DNA from: the human T2T-CHM13v2.0 reference genome, Homo sapiens
DNA length: 64,000 nt
Reading direction: 5' to 3' (one strand)
Assembly (NCBI RefSeq): GCF_009914755.1
Contig: NC_060928.1
In this document: one piece after another, positions 50,193 through 61,759 of the stretch
Numbering within the stretch: position 1 is the first letter of the stretch
Layout: every line of letters begins with the position of its first letter
The notes under the pieces: model-generated
The model's database searches: none
Told to the model about the DNA's origin: nothing
Seen by the model: the letters and a program-made list of their open reading frames with translations, nothing else
Translations under genes and position numbers: made by a program

Positions 50193-53100
50193 CATTCTCA
50201 GAAACTTCTTTTTGATGTGTGTACTCAAGTAACAGAGTTGAACCTTCCTTTTGACACAGCAGTTTTGAAACAATCTTTTTGTAGAATCTGCAAGTGGATA
50301 TTTGGATAGCTTTGAGGATTTCGTTGGAAACGGGATATCTTCATATAAAATCTAGACAGAAGCATTCTCAGAAACTTCTTTGTGCTGTATGTCCTCAATT
50401 AACAGAGTTGAACCATTGCTTGGATACAGCATTTTGGAAACATTCCTGGAGTAGAATCTGCAAGTTGATATTTAGATAGATTTGAAGATTTCGTTGGAAA
50501 AGGGAATATCTCCATATAAAATCTAGAGGGAAGCATTCTCAGAAACTGCTTTGTGATGTTTCCATTCAAGTCACAGAGTTGAATATTCCCTTTTATAGAG
50601 CACGTTTGAAACACTCTTTCTGCACTATCTGGAAGTGGACATTTCGAGCGCTTTGAGGCCTATGGTGAAAAAGGAAATATCTTCCCATAAAAACTAGACA
50701 GAAGCATTCTCAGAAACTTGTTTGTGATGTGTGTATTCAACTAACAGAGTTGAACTTTTGTTTTTACAGAGCCGTTTTAAAACACTCTTTTTGTGGAATC
50801 AGAAAGTGGATATTCGGATGGCTCTGAGGATTTCGTTGGAAGCGGGATTACATATAAAATCTAGAGAGAAGCATTCTCAGGAACTTCTTTGTGATGTTTG
50901 CATTGAAGTCACAGAATTGAACATTCACTTTGATAGAGCAGGTTTGAAACACTCATTCTGTAGTATCTGGAAGTGGACATTTCAAGCGCTTTCAGGCCTA
51001 TGGTGAGAAAGGAAATATCTTCGAATAAAAACTAGACAGAAGCATCCTCAGAAACTTATTTGTGATGTGTGTCCTCAACTAACAGAGTTGAAACTTTGTT
51101 TTGATACAGCATTTTGGAAACACTCTTTTTGTAGAATCTGCAGGTGGATATTTGGATAGCTTAGAGGGATTCGTTGGAAAGGGGATATCTTCATATAAAA
51201 TCTAGACAGAAGCATTCTCAGAAACTTATTTGTGATGTGTGTCCTCAACTAACAGAGTTGAACCTTGGTTTTGATACAGCATTTTGGAAACACTCCTTTT
51301 GTAGAATCTGCAGGTGGATATGTGGATAGCTCTGAAGATTTCGTTGGAAACGGGAATTTCTTCATATAAAATCAAACAGAAGCATTCTCAGAAACTTCTC
51401 AGTGATGTTTGCATTCAGCTCATGGAGTTGAACACTTCCTTTCATAGAGCCGGTTTGAAACACTCTTTCTGCACTACCTGGAAGAGGACATTTCGAGCGC
51501 TTTGAGTCCTATGGTGAAAAAGGAAATATCTTCTCATAAAAACCAGAAAGAAGCATTCTCAGAAACTTCTTTGTGTTGTGTGTACTCATGTAACAGTGTT
51601 GAACCATCCTTTTGACAGAGCAGTTTTGAAACACTCTTTTTGTAGAATCTGCAAGTGGATATTTGGATAGCTTTGAGGATTTCGTTGGAAACGGGATGAC
51701 ATATAATATCTAGAGAGAAGCATTCTCAGGAACTACTTTGTGATGTTTGCATTCAAGTCACAGAATTGAACATTCCCTTTCATAGAGCAGGTTTGAAACA
51801 CTCTTTCTCTAGTATCTGGAAGTGGGCATTTCAAGCGCTTTCAGGCCTATGGAGAGAAAGGAAATACCTTCAAATAAAAACTAGACAGAAGCATTCTCAG
51901 AAACTTATTTGTGATGTGTGTCCTCAACTAACAGAGTTGAACCTTTGTTTTGATACAGCATTTTGGAAACACTCCTTTTGTAGAATCTGCAGGTGGATAT
52001 TTGGATACCTTTGAAGATTTCGTTGGAAACCGGAATATCTTCATATAAAATCAAGACAGAAGCATTCTCGGAAACATCTCTGTGATGTTTGCATTCAACT
52101 CAGTAGAGTTGAACACTTCCTTTCATAGAGCCGGTTTGAAACACTCTTTCTGCACTACCTGGAAGCGGACATTTCGAGCGCTTTGAGGCCTATGGTGAAA
52201 AAGGAAATATCTTCTCATAAAAACCAGAAAGAAGCATTCTCAGAAACTTCTTTGTGTTGTGTGTACTCAAGTAACAGTGTTGAACCTTCCTTTTGACACA
52301 GCAGTTTTGAAACACTCTTTTGGTAGAATCTGCAAGTGGATATTTGGATAGCTTTGAGGATTTCGTTGGAAACGGGTTATCTTCATATAAAATCCAGACA
52401 GGAGCATTCTCAGAAACTTCTTTGTGCTGCATGTCCTCAATTCACAGAGCTGAACCTTTGTTTGGATACAGCATTTTGGAAACATTCCTTTAGTAGAATC
52501 TGCAAGTTGATATTTAGATAGCTTTGAAGATTTCGTTGGAAACGGGAATATCTTCATAGAAAATCTAGACGGAAGCATTCTCAGAAACTGCTTTGTGATG
52601 TTTGCATTCAAGTCACAGAGTTGAATATTCCCTTTTATAGAGTAGGTTTGAAACACTCTTTCGGCACTACCTGGAAGTGGATATTTCGAGCTCTTTGAGG
52701 CCTATGGTTAAAAGGAAATATCTTCCCATAAAAACTAGACAGAAGCCGTCTCAGAAACTTGTTTGTGATGTGTGTATTCAACTACCAGAGTTGAACATTT
52801 CTGTTACAGAGCAATTTTAAAACACTCTTTTTGTGGAATCTGAAAGTGGATAATTGGATAGCTTTGTGGATTTCGTTGGAAACGGGATGACGTATAAAAT
52901 CTAGAGAGAAGCATTCTCAGGAACTTCTTTCTGATGTTTGCATTCAAGTCACAGAATTGAACATTCCTTTTCATAGTGCAGGTTTGAAACACTCTTTCTG
53001 TAGTATCTGGAAGTGGACATTTCAAGCGCTTTCAGGCCTACGGGGAGAAAGGAAATATCTTCAAATAAAAACTAGACAGAAGGATTCTCAGAAACTTATT

Positions 53101-56100
53101 TGTGATGTGTGTCCTAAACGAACACAGTTGAACCTTTGTTTTGATACAGCATTTTGGAAACACTCCTTTTGTAGGATCTGCAGGTGGATATTTGGATAGA
53201 TTTTAAGATTTCGTTGGAAACGGGAGTTTCTTCATAGAAACTCAAGACAGATGCATTCTCAGAAACATCTCTGTGATGTTTGCATTCCACTCATAGAGTT
53301 GAAAACTTCCTTTCATAGAGCAGGTTTGAAACACTCTTTTTGTAATATTTGGAAGTGGACATTTGCAGCGCTTTGAGGCCTATGGTGAAAAAGGAAATAT
53401 CTTCTCATAAAAACCAGAAACAAGCATTCTCAGAAACTGCTTTTTGATGTGTGTACTCAAGTAACAGAGTTGAACCTTCCTTTTGACACAACAGTTTTGA
53501 AACAATCTTTTTGTAGAATCTGCAAGTGGATATTTGGATAGCTTTGAGGATTTCGTTGGAAACGGGATATCTTCATATAAAATCTAGACAGAAGCATTCT
53601 CAGAAACTTCTTTGTGCTGTATGTCCTCAATTAACAGAGTTGAACCATTGCTTGGATACAGCATTTTGGAAACATTCCTTGAGTAGAATCTGCAAGTTGA
53701 TATTTAGATAGATTTGAAGATTTCGTTGGAAAAGGGAATATCTCCATATAAAATCTAGAGGGAAGCATTCTCAGAAACTGCTTTGTGATGTTTCCATTCA
53801 AGTCACAGAGTTGAATATTCCCTTTTATAGAGCACGTTTGAAACACTCTTTCTGCACTATCTGGAAGTGGACATTTCGAGCACTTTGAGGCCTATGGTGA
53901 AAAAGGAAATATCTTCCCATAAAAACTAGACAGAAGCATTCTCAGAAACTTGTTTGTGATGTGTGTATTCAACTAACAGAGTTGAACTTATGTTTTTACA
54001 GAGCCGTTTTAAAACACTCTTTTTGTGGAATCAGAAAGTGGATATTCGGATGGCTCTGAGGATTTCGTTGGAAGCGGGATTACATATAAAATCTAGAGAG
54101 AAGCATTCTCAGGAACTTCTTTGTGATGTTTGCATTGAAGTCACAGAATTGAACATTCACTTTGATAGAGCAGGTTTGAAACACTCATTCTGTAGTATCT
54201 GGAAGTGGACATTTCAAGCGCTTTCAGGCCTATGGTGAGAAAGGAAATATCTTCGAATAAAAACTAGACAGAAGCATCCTCAGAAACTTATTTGTGATGT
54301 GTGTCCTCAACTAACAGAGTTGAAACTTTGTTTTGATACAGCATTTTGGAAACACTCTTTTTGTAGAATCTGCAGGTGGATATTTGGATAGCTTAGAGGG
54401 ATTCGTTGGAAAGGGGATATCTTCATATAAAATCTAGACAGAAGCATTCTCAGAAACTTATTTGTGATGTGTGTCCTCAACTAACAGAGTTGAACCTTGG
54501 TTTTGATACAGCATTTTGGAAACACTCCTTTTGTAGAATCTGCAGGTGGATATGTGGATAGCTCTGAAGATTTCGTTGGAAACGGGAATTTCTTCATATA
54601 AAATCAAACAGAAGCATTCTCAGAAACTTCTCAGTGATGTTTGCATTCAGCTCATGGAGTTGAACACTTCCTTTCATAGAGCCGGTTTGAAACACTCTTT
54701 CTGCACTACCTGGAAGAGGACATTTCGAGCGCTTTGAGTCCTATGGTGAAAAAGGAAATATCTTCTCATAAAAACCAGAAAGAAGCATTCTCAGAAACTT
54801 CTTTGTGTTGTGTGTACTCATGTAACAGTGTTGAACCATCCTTTTGACAGAGCAGTTTTGAAACACTCTTTTTGTAGAATCTGCAAGTGGATATTTGGAT
54901 AGCTTTGAGGATTTCGTTGGAAACGGGATGACATATAATATCTAGAGAGAAGCATTCTCAGGAACTTCTTTGTGATGTTTGCATTCAAGTCACAGAATTG
55001 AACATTCCCTTTCATAGAGCAGGTTTGAAACACTCTTTCTCTAGTATCTGGAAGTGGGCATTTCAAGCGCTTTCAGGCCTATGGAGAGAAAGGAAATACC
55101 TTCAAATAAAAACTAGACAGAAGCATTCTCAGAAACTTATTTGTGATGTGTGTCCTCAACTAACAGAGTTGAACCTTTGTTTTGATACAGCATTTTGGAA
55201 ACACTCCTTTTGTAGAATCTGCAGGTGGATATTTGGATACCTTTGAAGATTTCGTTGGAAACCGGAATATCTTCATATAAAATCAAGACAGAAGCATTCT
55301 CGGAAACATCTCTGTGATGTTTGCATTCAACTCAGTAGAGTTGAACACTTCCTTTCATTGAGCAGGTTTGAAACACTCTTTCAGCACTACCTGGAAGCGG
55401 ACATTTCGAGCGCTTTGAGTCCTATGGTGAAAAAGGAAATATCTTCTCATAAAAACCAGAAAGAAGCATTCTCAGAAACTTCTTTGTGTTGTGTGTACTC
55501 AAGTAACAGTGTTGAACCTTCCTTTTGACACAGCAGTTTTGAAACACTCTTTTGGTAGAATCTGCAAGTGGATATTTGGATAGCTTTGAGGATTTCGTTG
55601 GAAACGGGTTATCTTCATATAAAATCCAGACAGGAGCATTCTCAGAAACTTCTTTGTGCTGCATGTCCTCAATTCACAGAGCTGAACCTTTGTTTGGATA
55701 CAGCATTTTGGAAACATTCCTTTAGTAGAATCTGCAAGTTGATATTTAGATAGCTTTGAAGATTTTGTTGGAAACGGGAATATCTTCATAGAAAATCTAG
55801 ACGGAAGCATTCTCAGAAACTGCTTTGTGATGTTTGCATTCAAGTCACAGAGTTGAATATTCCCTTTTATAGAGTAGGTTTGAAACACTCTTTCGGCACT
55901 ACCTGGAAGTGGATATTTCGAGCTCTTTGAGGCCTATGGTTAAAAGGAAATATCTTCCCATAAAAACTAGACAGAAGCCGTCTCAGAAACTTGTTTGTGA
56001 TGTGTGTATTCAACTAACAGAGTTGAACATTTCTGTTACAGAGCAATTTTAAAACACTCTTTTTGTGGAATCTGAAAGTGGATAATTGGATAGCTTTGTG

Positions 56101-56656
56101 GATTTCGTTGGAAACGGGATGACGTATAAAATCTAGAGAGAAGCATTCTCAGGAACTTCTTTCTGATGTTTGCATTCAAGTCACAGAATTGAACATTCCT
56201 TTTCATAGTGCAGGTTTGAAACACTCTTTCTGTAGTATCTGGAAGTGGACATTTCAAGCGCTTTCAGGCCTACGGGGAGAAAGGAAATATCTTCAAATAA
56301 AAACTAGACAGAAGGATTCTCAGAAACTTATTTGTGATGTGTGTCCTAAACGAACACAGTTGAACCTTTGTTTTGAAACAGCATTTTGGAAACACTCCTT
56401 TTGTAGGATCTGCAGGTGGATATTTGGATAGATTTTAAGATTTCGTTGGAAACGGGAGTTTCTTCATAGAAACTCAAGACAGATGCATTCTCAGAAACAT
56501 CTCTGTGATGTTTGCATTCCACTCATAGAGTTGAAAACTTCCTTTCATAGAGCAGGTTTGAAACACTCTTTTTGTAATATTTGGAAGTGGACATTTGCAG
56601 CGCTTTGAGGCCTATGGTGAAAAAGGAAATATCTTCTCATAAAAACCAGAAACAAG
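50193..56656 (+). repeat. Two 19-mer HORs (M2 phase)
   Basis: 2 x 3232 bp. Confidence 0.93.
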
Positions 56657-58698
56657 CATTCTCAGAAACTTCTTTTTGATGTGTGTACTCAAGTAACAGA
56701 GTTGAACCTTCCTTTTGACACAGCAGTTTTGAAACAATCTTTTTGTAGAATCTGCAAGTGGATATTTGGATAGCTTTGAGGATTTCGTTGGAAACGGGAT
56801 ATCTTCATATAAAATCTAGACAGAAGCATTCTCAGAAACTTCTTTGTGCTGTATGTCCTCAATTAACAGAGTTGAACCATTGCTTGGATACAGCATTTTG
56901 GAAACATTCCTGGAGTAGAATCTGCAAGTTGATATTTAGATAGATTTGAAGATTTCGTTGGAAAAGGGAATATCTCCATATAAAATCTAGAGGGAAGCAT
57001 TCTCAGAAACTGCTTTGTGATGTTTCCATTCAAGTCACAGAGTTGAATATTCCCTTTTATAGAGCACGTTTGAAACACTCTTTCTGCACTATCTGGAAGT
57101 GGACATTTCGAGCGCTTTGAGGCCTATGGTGAAAAAGGAAATATCTTCCCATAAAAACTAGACAGAAGCATTCTCAGAAACTTGTTTGTGATGTGTGTAT
57201 TCAACTAACAGAGTTGAACTTTTGTTTTTACAGAGCCGTTTTAAAACACTCTTTTTGTGGAATCAGAAAGTGGATATTCGGATGGCTCTGAGGATTTCGT
57301 TGGAAGCGGGATTACATATAAAATCTAGAGAGAAGCATTCTCAGGAACTTCTTTGTGATGTTTGCATTGAAGTCACAGAATTGAACATTCACTTTGATAG
57401 AGCAGGTTTGAAACACTCATTCTGTAGTATCTGGAAGTGGACATTTCAAGCGCTTTCAGGCCTATGGTGAGAAAGGAAATATCTTCGAATAAAAACTAGA
57501 CAGAAGCATCCTCAGAAACTTATTTGTGATGTGTGTCCTCAACTAACAGAGTTGAAACTTTGTTTTGATACAGCATTTTGGAAACACTCTTTTTGTAGAA
57601 TCTGCAGGTGGATATTTGGATAGCTTAGAGGGATTCGTTGGAAAGGGGATATCTTCATATAAAATCTAGACAGAAGCATTCTCAGAAACTTATTTGTGAT
57701 GTGTGTCCTCAACTAACAGAGTTGAACCTTGGTTTTGATACAGCATTTTGGAAACACTCCTTTTGTAGAATCTGCAGGTGGATATGTGGATAGCTCTGAA
57801 GATTTCGTTGGAAACGGGAATTTCTTCATATAAAATCAAACAGAAGCATTCTCAGAAACTTCTCAGTGATGTTTGCATTCAGCTCATGGAGTTGAACACT
57901 TCCTTTCATAGAGCCGGTTTGAAACACTCTTTCTGCACTACCTGGAAGAGGACATTTCGAGCGCTTTGAGTCCTATGGTGAAAAAGGAAATATCTTCTCA
58001 TAAAAACCAGAAAGAAGCATTCTCAGAAACTTCTTTGTGTTGTGTGTACTCATGTAACAGTGTTGAACCATCCTTTTGACAGAGCAGTTTTGAAACACTC
58101 TTTTTGTAGAATCTGCAAGTGGATATTTGGATAGCTTTGAGGATTTCGTTGGAAACGGGATGACATATAATATCTAGAGAGAAGCATTCTCAGGAACTTC
58201 TTTGTGATGTTTGCATTCAAGTCACAGAATTGAACATTCCCTTTCATAGAGCAGGTTTGAAACACTCTTTCTCTAGTATCTGGAAGTGGGCATTTCAAGC
58301 GCTTTCAGGCCTATGGAGAGAAAGGAAATACCTTCAAATAAAAACTAGACAGAAGCATTCTCAGAAACTTATTTGTGATGTGTGTCCTCAACTAACAGAG
58401 TTGAACCTTTGTTTTGATACAGCATTTTGGAAACACTCCTTTTGTAGAATCTGCAGGTGGATATTTGGATACCTTTGAAGATTTCGTTGGAAACCGGAAT
58501 ATCTTCATATAAAATCAAGACAGAAGCATTCTCGGAAACATCTCTGTGATGTTTGCATTCAACTCAGTAGAGTTGAACACTTCCTTTCATAGAGCCGGTT
58601 TGAAACACTCTTTCTGCACTACCTGGAAGCGGACATTTCGAGCGCTTTGAGGCCTATGGTGAAAAAGAAAATATCTTCTCATAAAAACCAGAAAGAAG
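56657..58698 (+). repeat. 12-mer HOR variant (2042 bp), third copy
   Basis: Same junction at 58699 and same linked SNV at 58668. Confidence 0.92.
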
Positions 58699-61600
58699 CA
58701 TTCTCAGAAACTTCTTTTTGATGTGTGTACTCAAGTAACAGAGTTGAACCTTCCTTTTGACACAGCAGTTTTGAAACAATCTTTTTGTAGAATCTGCAAG
58801 TGGATATTTGGATAGCTTTGAGGATTTCGTTGGAAACGGGATATCTTCATATAAAATCTAGACAGAAGCATTCTCAGAAACTTCTTTGTGCTGTATGTCC
58901 TCAATTAACAGAGTTGAACCATTGCTTGGATACAGCATTTTGGAAACATTCCTGGAGTAGAATCTGCAAGTTGATATTTAGATAGATTTGAAGATTTCGT
59001 TGGAAAAGGGAATATCTCCATATAAAATCTAGAGGGAAGCATTCTCAGAAACTGCTTTGTGATGTTTCCATTCAAGTCACAGAGTTGAATATTCCCTTTT
59101 ATAGAGCACGTTTGAAACACTCTTTCTGCACTATCTGGAAGTGGACATTTCGAGCGCTTTGAGGCCTATGGTGAAAAAGGAAATATCTTCCCATAAAAAC
59201 TAGACAGAAGCATTCTCAGAAACTTGTTTGTGATGTGTGTATTCAACTAACAGAGTTGAACTTTTGTTTTTACAGAGCCGTTTTAAAACACTCTTTTTGT
59301 GGAATCAGAAAGTGGATATTCGGATGGCTCTGAGGATTTCGTTGGAAGCGGGATTACATATAAAATCTAGAGAGAAGCATTCTCAGGAACTTCTTTGTGA
59401 TGTTTGCATTGAAGTCACAGAATTGAACATTCACTTTGATAGAGCAGGTTTGAAACACTCATTCTGTAGTATCTGGAAGTGGACATTTCAAGCGCTTTCA
59501 GGCCTATGGTGAGAAAGGAAATATCTTCGAATAAAAACTAGACAGAAGCATCCTCAGAAACTTATTTGTGATGTGTGTCCTCAACTAACAGAGTTGAAAC
59601 TTTGTTTTGATACAGCATTTTGGAAACACTCTTTTTGTAGAATCTGCAGGTGGATATTTGGATAGCTTAGAGGGATTCGTTGGAAAGGGGATATCTTCAT
59701 ATAAAATCTAGACAGAAGCATTCTCAGAAACTTATTTGTGATGTGTGTCCTCAACTAACAGAGTTGAACCTTGGTTTTGATACAGCATTTTGGAAACACT
59801 CCTTTTGTAGAATCTGCAGGTGGATATGTGGATAGCTCTGAAGATTTCGTTGGAAACGGGAATTTCTTCATATAAAATCAAACAGAAGCATTCTCAGAAA
59901 CTTCTCAGTGATGTTTGCATTCAGCTCATGGAGTTGAACACTTCCTTTCATAGAGCCGGTTTGAAACACTCTTTCTGCACTACCTGGAAGAGGACATTTC
60001 GAGCGCTTTGAGTCCTATGGTGAAAAAGGAAATATCTTCTCATAAAAACCAGAAAGAAGCATTCTCAGAAACTTCTTTGTGTTGTGTGTACTCATGTAAC
60101 AGTGTTGAACCATCCTTTTGACAGAGCAGTTTTGAAACACTCTTTTTGTAGAATCTGCAAGTGGATATTTGGATAGCTTTGAGGATTTCGTTGGAAACGG
60201 GATGACATATAATATCTAGAGAGAAGCATTCTCAGGAACTTCTTTGTGATGTTTGCATTCAAGTCACAGAATTGAACATTCCCTTTCATAGAGCAGGTTT
60301 GAAACACTCTTTCTCTAGTATCTGGAAGTGGGCATTTCAAGCGCTTTCAGGCCTATGGAGAGAAAGGAAATACCTTCAAATAAAAACTAGACAGAAGCAT
60401 TCTCAGAAACTTATTTGTGATGTGTGTCCTCAACTAACAGAGTTGAACCTTTGTTTTGATACAGCATTTTGGAAACACTCCTTTTGTAGAATCTGCAGGT
60501 GGATATTTGGATACCTTTGAAGATTTCGTTGGAAACCGGAATATCTTCATATAAAATCAAGACAGAAGCATTCTCGGAAACATCTCTGTGATGTTTGCAT
60601 TCAACTCAGTAGAGTTGAACACTTCCTTTCATAGAGCCGGTTTGAAACACTCTTTCTGCACTACCTGGAAGCGGACATTTCGAGCGCTTTGAGGCCTATG
60701 GTGAAAAAGGAAATATCTTCTCATAAAAACCAGAAAGAAGCATTCTCAGAAACTTCTTTGTGTTGTGTGTACTCAAGTAACAGTGTTGAACCTTCCTTTT
60801 GACACAGCAGTTTTGAAACACTCTTTTGGTAGAATCTGCAAGTGGATATTTGGATAGCTTTGAGGATTTCGCTGGAAACGGGTTGTCTTCATATAAAATC
60901 CAGACAGGAGCATTCTCAGAAACTTCTTTGTGCTGCATGTCCTCAATTCACAGAGCTGAACCTTTGTTTAGATACAGCATTTTGGAAACATTCCTTTAGT
61001 AGAATCTGCAAGTTGATATTTAGATAGCTTTGAAGATTTCGTTGGAAACGGGAATATCTTCATAGAAAATCTAGACGGAAGCATTCTCAGAAACTGCTTT
61101 GTGATGTTTGCATTCAAGTCACAGAGTTGAATATTCCCTTTTATAGAGTAGGTTTGAAACACTCTTTTGGCACTACCTGGAAGTGGATATTTCGAGCTCT
61201 TTGAGGCCTATGGTTAAAAGGAAATATCTTCCCATAAAAACTAGACAGAAGCCATCTCAGAAACTTGTTTGTGATGTGTGTATTCAACTAACAGAGTTGA
61301 ACATTTCTGTTACAGAGCAATTTTAAAACACTCTTTTTGTGGAATCTGAAAGTGGATAATTGGATAGCTTTGTGGATTTCGTTGGAAACGGGATGACGTA
61401 TAAAATCTAGAGAGAAGCATTCTCAGGAACTTCTTTCTGATGTTTGCATTCAAGTCACAGAATTGAACATTCCTTTTCATAGTGCAGGTTTGAAACACTC
61501 TTTCTGTAGTATCTGGAAGTGGACATTTCAAGCGCTTTCAGGCCTACGGGGAGAAAGGAAATATCTTCAAATAAAAACTAGACAGAAGGATTCTCAGAAA

Positions 61601-61759
61601 CTTATTTGTGATGTGTGTCCTAAACGAACACAGTTGAACCTTTGTTTTGATACAGCATTTTGGAAACACTCCTTTTGTAGGATCTGCAGGTGGATATTTG
61701 GATAGATTTTAAGATTTCGTTGGAAACGGGAGTTTCTTCATAGAAACTCAAGACAGATG

